DNA of 64,000 nt from an uncultured Leptospirales bacterium (GTDB taxonomy: Bacteria > Spirochaetota > UBA4802 > UBA5550), in NCBI GenBank assembly GCA_964529415.1, contig CAZGWD010000001.1, positions 186,611-250,610 on the forward strand. The letters run 5' to 3'. Under the pieces are notes generated by a model, which saw only the letters and a program-made list of their open reading frames with translations, ran no database searches and had not been told where the DNA came from. This document shows, in pieces, positions 1-10,070 of the stretch; within the stretch, counting starts at the first letter, position 1, and every line of letters begins with the position of its first letter. The position numbers and the translations under genes are program-made.

Positions 1-1
1 T

Positions 2-1219
2 GCAGCTGCAGGATTTTTTATTCTCAGATGGATTTTCAGAAAAATTTTCGGTTTCGGGAAATCTGATAAAGATGACGGAAAACCCCCGGTATATACAATT
101 TCAGATACTGTACTTGCAGATATAAGAGCTGAAGATCCGAATTTCTCACCTGAGCATTTTTACGAATTAGCTAAAACAATTGCAGTGAAAGTACAGGATG
201 CCTGGTCTGCAGGAGATATGATAACAGCAAGGAATTATATTTCACAGGGTATTTATAACAGATTCAAAGTTCAGCTTGAAATGATGAAGGATGATGAGGG
301 ATTGATGAATGTTGTGGAGAATTACAGGATCAAGGTTTTAAATGTTATGGCCCTGGATCTGTCTCACAGCTATCAGACACTGCATGTTAGATTAACATCA
401 AGGGCAAAAGATGCTACTTTGCCTGTTGGCTCTACAGCTGATCAGATTCAGAAAGCTATAAATAAAGCCCAGGATACTTCTTTCACTGAAATTTTTTCAT
501 ATACAAGAAAAAGAAGCGCGAAAACTGATTCATCTAAAAATTATCTGAAAGGCCAGTGCCCTTCATGCGGGTATGTGCCGGATAATTTCAGTGAAGTAAA
601 TAAATGTCCAAGCTGCGGATCAATTTACAACTCAGGGGAATTTGACTGGGTTCTTTCTGAAATTACACAGGATACAGAATGGCAGGAAAGTTCATACGAA
701 TCTATAGATGGTCTTAAAGATCTTGAAACAAAAAATCTGTCAATTAATAGAGAAGTTATTGAAGACAGGGCATCATTTCTATTCTGGAAATGGATGCAGT
801 CACAAACAAAAGGTGATAAAAATCAACTGGCAAGAGATGCAAGCTCGGGATTTATGGCAAATTTTAATCCAGTAAAAACATACATGGCTGAAGTTGTTGT
901 AGGAGCATCGGATTTGAAAAGGGTGTGGCAGGATAAGGACAAAGCATATGCTTCAGTTCTGATTTTATGGAGCGCTTCCCTTATGAAGAAAGACGAACCT
1001 GTTCACAGGGAAAGTACATTTACTTTAAGCATGCCTCTTGCATTGAAAAATCCTTATGGCCTGGCAAATCACAGCTGCAATTCATGCGGAGGACCGTTAC
1101 CTGATTCAAATGCAACTGTGTGCACATATTGCGGAGCTGCTTTACCTGTAACAGTATCAGACTGGATTCTCGAAAATGTTGATGAAGTAAATCTGGAATC
1201 GGATAATATTGAAGATTAA
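2..1219 (+). CDS. Tim44-like domain protein with two C-terminal zinc-ribbon motifs (5' end outside window)
   Basis: ORF is open from the window start in frame 2. Tim44-like segment (AEDPNFSPEHFYELAKTIAVKVQDAWSAGDM...). Two CxxC-N-CxxC zinc ribbons (CPSCG...CPSCG; CNSCGG...CTYCG). Confidence 0.5.
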   Translation, partial: AAAGFFILRWIFRKIFGFGKSDKDDGKPPVYTISDTVLADIRAEDPNFSPEHFYELAKTIAVKVQDAWSAGDMITARNYISQGIYNRFKVQLEMMKDDEGLMNVVENYRIKVLNVMALDLSHSYQTLHVRLTSRAKDATLPVGSTADQIQKAINKAQDTSFTEIFSYTRKRSAKTDSSKNYLKGQCPSCGYVPDNFSEVNKCPSCGSIYNSGEFDWVLSEITQDTEWQESSYESIDGLKDLETKNLSINREVIEDRASFLFWKWMQSQTKGDKNQLARDASSGFMANFNPVKTYMAEVVVGASDLKRVWQDKDKAYASVLILWSASLMKKDEPVHRESTFTLSMPLALKNPYGLANHSCNSCGGPLPDSNATVCTYCGAALPVTVSDWILENVDEVNLESDNIED

Positions 1220-1276
1220 GAAGAATTTTTTATTTACAGATGCTTTTTTATTCAGTATATTATATTGTAATAAGAG

Positions 1277-1483
1277 GTGTATATGGAAGATGAAAAAGTA
1301 ATTTATAAATGTTCAGCTTGTAAAAAAGAAGCTGGAGTTAAAAAAGGCGAAAAAGTACCTATTTGCTGTGAAAAAGAAATGGCTATTATTGATCCGCTTC
1401 CTTACTGTACATCAGTCCCTCATTCTGAAATGTCAAGAAACAACACATCAGATGAACCTTGTGATGACGGAAGGGCAAATTAA
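1277..1483 (+). CDS. desulforedoxin-like small metal-binding protein
   Basis: 68 aa. YKCSACKKEAGVKKGEKVPICCEKEM matches the desulforedoxin/Dfx N-terminal CxxC...CC Fe-binding pattern. SD AGAGGTG upstream. GTG start. Confidence 0.45.
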   Translation: MYMEDEKVIYKCSACKKEAGVKKGEKVPICCEKEMAIIDPLPYCTSVPHSEMSRNNTSDEPCDDGRAN

Positions 1484-1506
1484 CAGAGATCAAGCAAGAG
1501 GGAAGT

Positions 1507-1968
1507 ATGTCTAAAATTTCAATGAAAGCAACAGCACCGGATTTTGAATTGGCTGACTTTAATGGAAAGAATATCAGACTTTCGAATTATAAAGGTATAA
1601 GCAATGTTTTACTGATTTTTAATAGAGGGTTTTTCTGACCTTTTTGCCAAAAGCATATGGCGCAGTTGCGTCACGATATTCAGGAATTCAAAACCCGTAA
1701 TACAGAGATCCTTGTAGTTGGTCCGGAAAAAGATGAATCCTTTGCAAAATACTGGGCAAAAAATAATTTAAATTTTATTGGAATTCCTGATCCAGGACAT
1801 AGCGTTCTTAAACTTTATGGGCAGCAGATTAAAATATTCAAATTCGGACGAATGCCTGCCCAGCTTCTAATTGATATAAATGGAATAGTGCGTTTTGTTC
1901 ATTATGGTCATGATATGACAGATATACCATCAAATTCAGAAATGCTGGAATTGATTGATTCTTTATAG
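1507..1968 (+). CDS. peroxiredoxin-like (AhpC/TSA, Prx-like2) thiol:disulfide oxidoreductase with in-frame TGA (1636-1638) in a UxxC motif; candidate selenoprotein
   Basis: ATG 1507 has a strong SD (AGAGGGA). Residues 1-43 (APDFELADFNGKNIRLSNYKGISNVLLIFNRGFF) and 45-153 form one continuous AhpC/TSA alignment. The TGA falls exactly where the first Cys of the conserved RGxWCPFC motif sits (NRGFF-TGA-PFCQKHMAQL). The ORF track only calls the C-terminal part (1657-1968). Confidence 0.55.
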
Positions 1969-1992
1969 ATTAAAAGATATCATCAGATATTA

Positions 1993-2625
1993 TTATACCC
2001 ATTGAAGCCAAACAGCAAAAATTATATGCAGTATGATAAAAACTCCAAGCATTAAAAACATTAGAGCTTTTTTCTGATTTAATGTCAGATAATCATGAGC
2101 AGCTGTAAGAAGAAACCATGTAAATGAATATCCTATCCATATTGGCCAAATATGAGGATTGCCCCAGAAATACCACGACCAGGAAATTAGACCACCGCTA
2201 TTTAAAAAATATTCTACGATAACTGCAGTTAATCCCATGAACGATGGAATAATTATTCTAAATGGAATTTTAAAAAATTTTAATTTTGGGTTGTCCGGTA
2301 GAATTTTAATTATTACAGGTCCCATAATAGCAACAAAAAAGCATACTTCTAAATTCATTCCAATATAAATAAGATATGAACCATTTCCTTTTTCAGCTGT
2401 CCAGAGAGGTGCGAATCCGGAAATTTTATAGACCAAACTATTTGCTATTTCCCATGTCATTGCCCAGGACCAGAATGCTAAACCGAGAAAAACCGCACTC
2501 CAGTTTTTTCTTTCTATTTCAACAATATAAATATAAATTACTATTACAAAAAAAGGGATTAGATACCATTGCAGATTTGCAGGATCCCTTAAAACCTGGG
2601 AAAAAATATAAGTCTTGATATTCAT
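1993..2625 (-). CDS. polytopic integral membrane protein, function unknown
   Basis: 210 aa with about 6 hydrophobic helices, Trp-rich. No recognisable catalytic motif. Confidence 0.45.
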   Translation of the reverse strand: MNIKTYIFSQVLRDPANLQWYLIPFFVIVIYIYIVEIERKNWSAVFLGLAFWSWAMTWEIANSLVYKISGFAPLWTAEKGNGSYLIYIGMNLEVCFFVAIMGPVIIKILPDNPKLKFFKIPFRIIIPSFMGLTAVIVEYFLNSGGLISWSWYFWGNPHIWPIWIGYSFTWFLLTAAHDYLTLNQKKALMFLMLGVFIILHIIFAVWLQWV

Positions 2626-2810
2626 AATTAAAATATTTAATTATTATATTATTTAGAGTCAAATTAATTTTATATTTTAATATATTCTATAATATTTTAA
2701 ATAATTTATTGAAATAATTCTTTTAAATAAGTACTATTGTATTAAATTCTTTCAATAATTAAATTAAATGGAAAATTTCCATATAAATCATAAAATTAAT
2801 TGGAGTTAAT

Positions 2811-3236
2811 ATGGTAATCTGGAAGAACATACCAACGATAGATGAATTAAATCGTATGTCGGCAAAAAGTCTTGTTGAACATCTTGATATAAAATTTATT
2901 GATATGACAGATGATTCTCTAACAGCAACAATGCCTGTAGATCATCGGACAATGCAGCCTTTTGGAATACTTCATGGAGGAGCTTCTGCAGCACTTGCAG
3001 AAACTTTAAGCAGTGTAGCAACTCATCTTATTATAGATATTAATAAAAATATTGGCGTTGGTCTTGAAATTAATGCGAACCATATAAAAACAGCTCACAG
3101 CGGAATAGTTGCAGGAACAGTAAGGCCTATTCATATAGGAAGAAGCACTCATGTATGGGACATTCAGATAAAAAATGATGTAGGCGGGCTTGTATGCATA
3201 TCACGCTGTACAATTGCGATAATTGATAAGAGATAA
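2811..3236 (+). CDS. PaaI/YbgC-type hotdog-fold thioesterase
   Basis: 141 aa. Motifs PFGILHGGASAALAET and HIGRSTHVWDIQI are typical of PaaI-family thioesterases. Confidence 0.7.
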   Translation: MVIWKNIPTIDELNRMSAKSLVEHLDIKFIDMTDDSLTATMPVDHRTMQPFGILHGGASAALAETLSSVATHLIIDINKNIGVGLEINANHIKTAHSGIVAGTVRPIHIGRSTHVWDIQIKNDVGGLVCISRCTIAIIDKR

Positions 3237-3263
3237 ATTTTATGTTAGTACTAAAATAATAAA

Positions 3264-3297
3264 AAAACCCCGCTCAAATTAGCGGGATTTTTTTATT
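3264..3297. terminator. bidirectional rho-independent terminator between convergent genes
   Basis: aaaaaaaCCCCGCTcaaattAGCGGGatttttttatt: GC stem flanked by an A-run and a T-run. Confidence 0.6.
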
Positions 3298-3320
3298 ATA
3301 AATTTGCCTTATATATTTTT

Positions 3321-4493
3321 TTAAATAATTCGAGCCATAATAATGCCTGGAATTGTTTTCAATTTATTGATAATTCCTTCATCCAGTTTTTTTCCAACCA
3401 GATCAAGATCAAATATATTGTAGGCATAATCACCTTTACTTTTATTAATCATATCAGCAATGTTTAATTTTTCTTCAGCAAGAATGTGAGTTATCTGTCC
3501 GATTATATTCGGAACATTTTTATTTGCTACTATCAGACGGGTTTTTCCGGCAAGAGGCATTTCACAATCAGGGAAATTAACTGAATTTTTTATATTCCCT
3601 TTTTCAAGAAATTCCATTAATTGAGAAACTGCCATAAAAGCACAATTTTCTTCAGATTCAGGCGTTGAAGCACCAAGATGAGGAATTGCAATAACATTAT
3701 CGAGTTTCAGCATTTCTTCATCAGGAAAATCAGTTACATATATTGCAACAGTACCATTTGATAATGCTTCTTTAATATCACGGGCATTTACAAGTTCTCC
3801 TCTGGAGAAATTTAAAATCCTTACGCCTTTTTTCATTAAAGAAAATTTATCTTTATTTATTGATTCTTTTGTTTTATCGTTTAAAGGAATGTGCAGGGAA
3901 ATAAAATCTGATTCAGAAATCAAACTGTCAAGACTTGAGGCTTTTTTAATTGCGCTTGAAAGACCCCATGCTGCATCAATAGAAATAAAAGGATCAAAAC
4001 CTGAAACTTCCATGCCCATTGAAAGCGCATCATTGGCAACCATTACGCCAATAGCACCAAGCCCTATAATTCCAAGTTTTTTTCCTTTAATTTCAGGACC
4101 TTCGAAATCAGATTTTCCGGATTCAATAAGTTTTGGAACTTCTGCTCCTTTACCAATTAAAGATTTAGCCCAGAGAATTCCAGGAACAACTTTTCTTGAA
4201 GCAAGTAAAAGAGACATTATTGTAAGTTCTTTCACAGCATTTGCATTTGCACCCGGAGTGTTGAAAACTATTATCCCTTTTTCAGAACAATTTTCTATAG
4301 GGATATTGTTAACTCCTGCACCTGCTCTTGCTATTGCTTTTATTGTTTGAGGAAGCTCGAGATCGTGCATTTTCTGGCTTCTGACAAGGATTGCATCAGG
4401 ATGCCCTATCTCTGAAGCATATTCATACTGATCAAGAGGGAAAACGCTTAATCCTTTTGATGAAATTTTATTCAGCGTTTGTATTTTAAACAT
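3321..4493 (-). CDS. serA: D-3-phosphoglycerate dehydrogenase
   Basis: 390 aa D-isomer 2-hydroxyacid dehydrogenase fold with Rossmann motif GIIGLGAIG and a C-terminal ACT-like domain. Sits immediately downstream of serC. Confidence 0.8.
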   Translation of the reverse strand: MFKIQTLNKISSKGLSVFPLDQYEYASEIGHPDAILVRSQKMHDLELPQTIKAIARAGAGVNNIPIENCSEKGIIVFNTPGANANAVKELTIMSLLLASRKVVPGILWAKSLIGKGAEVPKLIESGKSDFEGPEIKGKKLGIIGLGAIGVMVANDALSMGMEVSGFDPFISIDAAWGLSSAIKKASSLDSLISESDFISLHIPLNDKTKESINKDKFSLMKKGVRILNFSRGELVNARDIKEALSNGTVAIYVTDFPDEEMLKLDNVIAIPHLGASTPESEENCAFMAVSQLMEFLEKGNIKNSVNFPDCEMPLAGKTRLIVANKNVPNIIGQITHILAEEKLNIADMINKSKGDYAYNIFDLDLVGKKLDEGIINKLKTIPGIIMARII

Positions 4494-4504
4494 ATTCAGT
4501 TCCT

Positions 4505-5587
4505 TTATTTATTATCTGATTCAAATTTTTTCATAAAGTCAACTAAAGTCTGAACACCCTGAGCAGGCATTGCATTATAAATACTGGCTCTCATTCCTCC
4601 AACAAGTCTGTGTCCTTTAAGCTGAACAAGTCCGCTTTTTGATGCTTCTTTTAAAAATTTTGAATCAAGATCGTCATTACCTGTTTTAAAAGGTATATTC
4701 ATCATGGAACGGAATTTTTTTTCAACAGGCGATTTGAATAATTTGGAGTTATCAATAAAATCATAAAGAATTGCTGCTTTATTTTCATTGATTTTCTGCA
4801 TAGCTGAAATTCCGCCTAATTCTTTCAGCCATTCAAAAACAAGCATGGCCATATATACAGAATAAGTTGGAGGAGTGTTGAACATAGATCCGTTTTCAGA
4901 ATGCGTTTTATAATTCATCATTGTAGGAGTAATATCCATTGCGTTTCCAATCAGATCTTCTCTTATTATTACAACTGTCACTCCAGCTGGTCCTATATTT
5001 TTCTGTGCACCTGCAAAAATAACACCGAATTTTGATATATCCATAACTTCAGAAAGAATGTGAGATGACATATCTGCTACGAGCGGAACATTGCCTGTGT
5101 CTGGAATAGATGCGAATCTTGTACCTTCTATGGTATTGTTTGAGCAGATATAGAAGAAATCTGCATCTTTATCAAATTTGCTTTTATCAATTTCCGGGAT
5201 ATATGAAAAATTCTTATCTTCAGCAGATCCTAAAATGTTAACTGTTCCGTATCTTTTTGATTCAGGAATTGCTTTTTTTGTCCATTCTCCTGTATGGATG
5301 AAGTCTGCTTTTTTGCTTTTTTTAAATAGATTAAGAGGTACCATTGAAAATTGAAGAGATGCTCCTCCTTGCAAAAATAGTACTTTGTAATTTGAAGGTA
5401 TATTCATCAGTTCTCTTAATAAAGATTCAGCATTGTTGATAATTGCTTCATATTCCGGTGATCTGTGACTCATTTCCATAACGGACATGCCGGAATTTTT
5501 ATACTCAACAAGTTCGGAAGCAGCCTTTTTTAACACTGGTTCAGGCAAAACCGCCGGTCCTGCAGAAAAATTATAAACTCTTGCCAT
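4505..5587 (-). CDS. serC: phosphoserine aminotransferase
   Basis: N-terminus MARVYNFSAGPAVLPEPVLKKAASEL is canonical SerC. 360 aa, class V aminotransferase. Confidence 0.85.
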   Translation of the reverse strand: MARVYNFSAGPAVLPEPVLKKAASELVEYKNSGMSVMEMSHRSPEYEAIINNAESLLRELMNIPSNYKVLFLQGGASLQFSMVPLNLFKKSKKADFIHTGEWTKKAIPESKRYGTVNILGSAEDKNFSYIPEIDKSKFDKDADFFYICSNNTIEGTRFASIPDTGNVPLVADMSSHILSEVMDISKFGVIFAGAQKNIGPAGVTVVIIREDLIGNAMDITPTMMNYKTHSENGSMFNTPPTYSVYMAMLVFEWLKELGGISAMQKINENKAAILYDFIDNSKLFKSPVEKKFRSMMNIPFKTGNDDLDSKFLKEASKSGLVQLKGHRLVGGMRASIYNAMPAQGVQTLVDFMKKFESDNK

Positions 5588-5750
5588 TTGATTCTCCTTT
5601 TTTATTCAAAATAAATTCATGTTATTGAAAACTAAAAAAAGGAATACTCAATGTCAAGATTATTTTATATTGACATAACTGCCGGATAATTGATTTTGGA
5701 TTCTGTAAATATTAATAGTAATTTCAAATATATAGAGTGGCAGGTATTTT

Positions 5751-6848
5751 TTGCATTTAACAAAAAAACATATCAATACTATATTCGTTGCTGTAATAAT
5801 TGCAATTACCGGAATTTCAACCACCGCTGCAACCCATGTAAATTCATTTGCTGAATACATGCAGCCTATAAAACCTGTGAGCATAAAAAGTATTAATGGA
5901 AAATTTTATGCTCATATCGTTCTATTATTTAATGAAAATCCCCACTTTGTCAATCTTATACAAAAAGACAGCATACCTTTGAAAAGAATCGGTCATGATG
6001 GATTTAATATAAAAGAATATAAAAATTATCTGAAAACAATTTCTGAAGATTCACAAAAGAAAATAGCATCTACTCTGCTCCAGATGTATCTTGAACCAAC
6101 AAATTATAATGATGCGTTTTTAAGATCCATGGAAAAGCAGCTGCACGATAGAAATATTATACTCAGATTTTCCAGAGATAGAAATACAGGTGTTGAAAAA
6201 ATCGCGCTCGATTACTGCATTTACGGAAAGAAAATGGATATTCCTGTCAAGCACCCGTTTATCGAAATAAAAGATCCTATTTATAATATTCAGCCTTTTA
6301 TATATTATGATGAATTTTCAACAAGCAACTCCACTTTTTATTTTGATATGATCTATATTAATTATGATGAAGTGGAGAACGATTACATTATAGCAAAGAA
6401 AATTCTTAATGGAGAAAATGTTAAGACTATGTTTTTCGTAGGTTCGAAAGTAACTGACGAAATAAGATATTGTCTTGCAAAAGCATTTTCAGAAAATCCC
6501 AATATTAAAGAAGAAATTTGGAAAATGTTCATGATACATGAACTGACACATAAAATTCTAAATAATAATTATAATTTTTTTGATCAGGTAGCAGGCGAGG
6601 AACTTTCTCTATGCACAACATTGTACACAAATCCATATCTCGGGCTTTCAATTTTATATAGTTATCTTAATTATAATGCCATTAATCCGCACAGAATCGC
6701 AGCAGGAAATATTATCAGTTATATTTCATCAAAATTAAACAGGCCGGAATACAATAATAAGCCAGAGCTGATGAAAAACTTGAGTTCAAAAGAAATACAG
6801 CAATTAGGAAAAGATTATTTTGATATGACTATAAAGAAGTTAAAATAA
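5751..6848 (+). CDS. hypothetical exported protein with a single HExxH motif (putative Zn-metallopeptidase-like)
   Basis: 365 aa with an N-terminal hydrophobic signal/anchor. MFMIHELTHKIL contains HExxH. TTG start is uncertain. Confidence 0.35.
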   Translation: MHLTKKHINTIFVAVIIAITGISTTAATHVNSFAEYMQPIKPVSIKSINGKFYAHIVLLFNENPHFVNLIQKDSIPLKRIGHDGFNIKEYKNYLKTISEDSQKKIASTLLQMYLEPTNYNDAFLRSMEKQLHDRNIILRFSRDRNTGVEKIALDYCIYGKKMDIPVKHPFIEIKDPIYNIQPFIYYDEFSTSNSTFYFDMIYINYDEVENDYIIAKKILNGENVKTMFFVGSKVTDEIRYCLAKAFSENPNIKEEIWKMFMIHELTHKILNNNYNFFDQVAGEELSLCTTLYTNPYLGLSILYSYLNYNAINPHRIAAGNIISYISSKLNRPEYNNKPELMKNLSSKEIQQLGKDYFDMTIKKLK

Positions 6849-7931
6849 TTTTAATTTTACAGGATTTTTGTGAAGCATTTTAAAGTAATCAACTCCCTTT
6901 TCGCCGGTATATAAATTCAAGCTGAGATCAGAAAGATTTTTTTCGTTGATTTTATCAAACATCCCTTCTTCGAGAGCAATCCAAATATCTGCTGTTTTTT
7001 CTACAGCAATATTCATCAGATTATCTATTGATTCATAGCGGGCTCCAATTTGACCTGCAGGGTATTGCCAGCGTTCCCTGTGATGATTCAATATATGGCT
7101 ATTGAATTTTTTTGGATCAGGGTAACGAACAATGAAATCTGTATAAAAATGATATCTGTCCCTTAATTTAAAAAATATGTTTCTGAGTTTTTCATTTCCA
7201 GTATGTTTAATTTTATAAGTAAATGGCATCAGATATGGAATTAAATCAAGGCGTGTATTTTTTTCATTTTCCAATGAAGTTTTGTTTCTTTTCAGCAATT
7301 TCAATTCTATAGACTGGCTGGGTAATGTATCATGAATCGTTTTTAAAATAAGGTTTCTTACAGGTGGTATAATTTTTTTTATTTTTGATTTTAATACAAG
7401 CGGAATCATGTCATTGATATTTAAATTATACTCATGTTTATTTCCAGAAGAAAAAAGATTATAATTGTCAATATTATATGATATAAATAAATTCTGCTCG
7501 CGATAGAAAGCAATTTCATTTTTAGAAAAATTATTTGGAAATCCTGACCAGTAAAATATGTAAGGATGGATAACTGCATCAGCTACTGCATGAGAAATAA
7601 ATCCATACAAATACGCTCTTTGAATTGCTGTCCATTCATTGTTTCTGTCGCTGGATGAATAAATATCTGAGATCATTTTTCTGATAAATTTCTCTGAAGA
7701 ACCGTTATGCAGAGCAAATGAAATTTCATGACCGTAAGGATTGGTTTTATTTCTGACAGGGATATAATCAAAAATATTAGGACCGATTGAGCCAAATAAA
7801 CCAGATTTAAATCTGGTCCAGTCGGTGAATAATGACTCAACTGATCTTAAAAGATAATTTTTCTTTTTTCTTTTAGATAGAGAAAGTATTGTTTCTCTAA
7901 AAATTTTATTATGGGTATATATTCCAGGCAT
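6840..7931 (-). CDS. zinc-dependent phospholipase C-like family protein (hypothetical)
   Basis: 363 aa. His-rich motifs (GHEISFALHNG, YLYGFISHAVADAVIHPY) resemble the Zn-dependent PLC / S1-P1 nuclease-like fold. Weak assignment. Confidence 0.35.
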   Translation of the reverse strand: MPGIYTHNKIFRETILSLSKRKKKNYLLRSVESLFTDWTRFKSGLFGSIGPNIFDYIPVRNKTNPYGHEISFALHNGSSEKFIRKMISDIYSSSDRNNEWTAIQRAYLYGFISHAVADAVIHPYIFYWSGFPNNFSKNEIAFYREQNLFISYNIDNYNLFSSGNKHEYNLNINDMIPLVLKSKIKKIIPPVRNLILKTIHDTLPSQSIELKLLKRNKTSLENEKNTRLDLIPYLMPFTYKIKHTGNEKLRNIFFKLRDRYHFYTDFIVRYPDPKKFNSHILNHHRERWQYPAGQIGARYESIDNLMNIAVEKTADIWIALEEGMFDKINEKNLSDLSLNLYTGEKGVDYFKMLHKNPVKLKLF

Positions 7932-8222
7932 AAATTTCTTACAGGATTTAGTCCTTTTTTTTAGTATCTTTACTATCTGAAATAATTTTGTCCAGAATAA
8001 AAAGAAATTAAAGGGTTAAAATTATTTCTTTTATTTATTTAATTATATATGGTATAAAAACTAATTAATCAATTTGACATTTAATTAAACAAAATATATT
8101 ATATGATATTTGTAAAAAATCAGAATTTATGAACCGGATATTTTTTAATAAAAATGGCGATTATCCAGCCTGATATTTAATCAATTTATGATTTAAGAAT
8201 CTTTTATCGAGAGGATCAGATT

Positions 8223-10070
8223 ATGTATTATAAAAAGCTATTACTTGTTTTGGGTATATTAATATGCTTTTCTTTTTCAGGATTTGTAATCGCAGATGAA
8301 AAGATTTATCAGAGTAAAATCATTGAAGTTAAATTATTCCAGAATCAGGCAGAGATTGTCAGATCAGTTATTATTCCTTTAAAAAAAGGTTCAAACAATA
8401 TAGTCCTCGGCGGGCTTCCAAATCTTCTTTATGACTGGTCAATTAAAGGCGGACTTCCAAAAGAATTTAAAGGTAAAATTGTTTCCCTTGAAGTGGAAAA
8501 GAAAGCCCTTGTTCAGAAAAGACAAAAGAATATTCTTGCTATAGAAGATAAACTTTCATCTCTCAGGGAGCTTGATCTTGCTATGGCTGATGATCTGAAA
8601 AATATTTCAGCTCAGGAAAAACTGCTGAATTCAATCGGTGATTTTACAGGACAGACAATTCCAAGAGAGATCGCTACAAAAATTCCTAAAATCAGCACCT
8701 GGGATGAAACTATAAATTATATTTTTGATAAAAAGAAGGACTTATTCAATAAAAGAAGAAAAACTGAGAAGGAAAGGGAAAAGCTTGGTAAGGAAATCCA
8801 GAAATGGGAATTTGAACTATCGCAAATTGCAGGATATACCTATTATTCAAATTATCAGACTTTAAGTAATGCGTATGTGAATAAAAGACAGAATGAAGCT
8901 GTACAGCAGTATTATGATTTCAATGACAAATTTGCTGAAAGAACCAGAATGCTCAAAGAACCAACTGAAAATGTTGATTATGAAAAACGGGTTAACATGA
9001 TTATATACTCCTCTTCTGAAAGTGAAATTGAGTTTACACTTACTTATGTAATTCCAAAAACCTACTGGCAGATGGTTTATGATTTAAGAGCCTCACTTGA
9101 GAAAAATGCAGTTAATCTTTCGGTATTCGGGAATATATTTCAAAACAGCGGTGAGGATTGGGATGATGTAAATCTGGCTTTATCCACCGGTGCTCCTGTA
9201 AATTCTATGACACAACCTTCTATAATTTCCTGGATTGTTGATGTGTATGAAAGATCAGAATATAAATCTGATTCTTATGATGAACGTAAAGATAAATCAG
9301 CATCGCCGTCTTTGAAGAAAAGATCCAAAAAAAATGGCGGAGCCAGCGGATATGCATCAATGGATTCATCTAAAGATGAGGAATCTCCACCGCCTTCTGC
9401 TGTAATCAGCGAAAAGGGAATATACTTTGGAATAACTTTGCCTCTGAAACAATCGATTTCCTCTTCTATAAAATACCAGAAAAAATTTATTCAGGATTAT
9501 GAAGTTACTGACAAGGCTAATGTAAAATTTTATTATGAGATTGTACCTCATTATGGAAACAAGGCTTATTTAAAGGTTAAGCTTTTTAATACTACTGGAA
9601 TTCCTTTAATGGCAGGAGAATCTCAGGTTTTTCTTGAAAATGAATATATGGGTAAAATCAGAATTCCATATATGCCGATAGGTAAAAGCGAGAATCTTGT
9701 AATAGGCAATGAAACCAGAATTAGCGGATTTAAGGAACTCGTAAAAAAATTTGAAGATACTTCAGGAATTTTCGGCGGCAAGAGGAAAATATCGTATAAA
9801 TATAAACTTACTGTTGAAAATCAGATGCAGAAAAAAGGGGAAATTACACTTCTCGATATAATTCCTGTATCAAGAAATAAAAAAATCGATGTAGATATTA
9901 AGGATTTATCTTTACCAGTAACACCTGATAAAGAATTTGAAGCTTCAACTGAATATTCACAGGGAATTCGAAAGTGGAATATTACACTTGCACCAAAAGA
10001 AAAAAAAGAAATAACATATGAGATTATAATTTCTTTTGATAAAGATTTATCAATTGAGGGGTTAAGGTAG
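8223..10070 (+). CDS. DUF4140/DUF4139 family protein (TIGR02231-like, MuiA-like)
   Basis: 615 aa with a signal peptide. The N-terminal stretch KIIEVKLFQNQAEIVRSVIIPLKKGSNNIVLGGLP resembles DUF4140, and the C-terminal part resembles DUF4139. Its TAG stop abuts the pyk ATG. Confidence 0.55.
   Translation: MYYKKLLLVLGILICFSFSGFVIADEKIYQSKIIEVKLFQNQAEIVRSVIIPLKKGSNNIVLGGLPNLLYDWSIKGGLPKEFKGKIVSLEVEKKALVQKRQKNILAIEDKLSSLRELDLAMADDLKNISAQEKLLNSIGDFTGQTIPREIATKIPKISTWDETINYIFDKKKDLFNKRRKTEKEREKLGKEIQKWEFELSQIAGYTYYSNYQTLSNAYVNKRQNEAVQQYYDFNDKFAERTRMLKEPTENVDYEKRVNMIIYSSSESEIEFTLTYVIPKTYWQMVYDLRASLEKNAVNLSVFGNIFQNSGEDWDDVNLALSTGAPVNSMTQPSIISWIVDVYERSEYKSDSYDERKDKSASPSLKKRSKKNGGASGYASMDSSKDEESPPPSAVISEKGIYFGITLPLKQSISSSIKYQKKFIQDYEVTDKANVKFYYEIVPHYGNKAYLKVKLFNTTGIPLMAGESQVFLENEYMGKIRIPYMPIGKSENLVIGNETRISGFKELVKKFEDTSGIFGGKRKISYKYKLTVENQMQKKGEITLLDIIPVSRNKKIDVDIKDLSLPVTPDKEFEASTEYSQGIRKWNITLAPKEKKEITYEIIISFDKDLSIEGLR

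Noticed and set aside
2159-2618. Two plus-strand ORFs (2159-2368, 2376-2618) antisense to the membrane-protein gene 1993-2625
   Set aside because: The minus-strand ORF has a coherent multi-TM hydropathy pattern and spans the whole locus. The plus-strand frames are mirror artefacts.
3889-4350. Track ORFs lying antisense or nested inside well-supported genes (serA, the pyk and copA internal ORFs, the SprA-like gene, the cimA/leuA synthase, ppdK)
   Set aside because: They overlap conserved genes on the opposite strand, have low-complexity translations (S/P/I-rich) and no RBS. These are typical spurious ORFs of AT-rich DNA.
5739-5758. Sigma54-like TGGCA...TTGCA element at the start of gene 5751
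   Set aside because: The GG-to-GC spacing is 13 nt instead of the required 10, so it does not fit the -24/-12 consensus.
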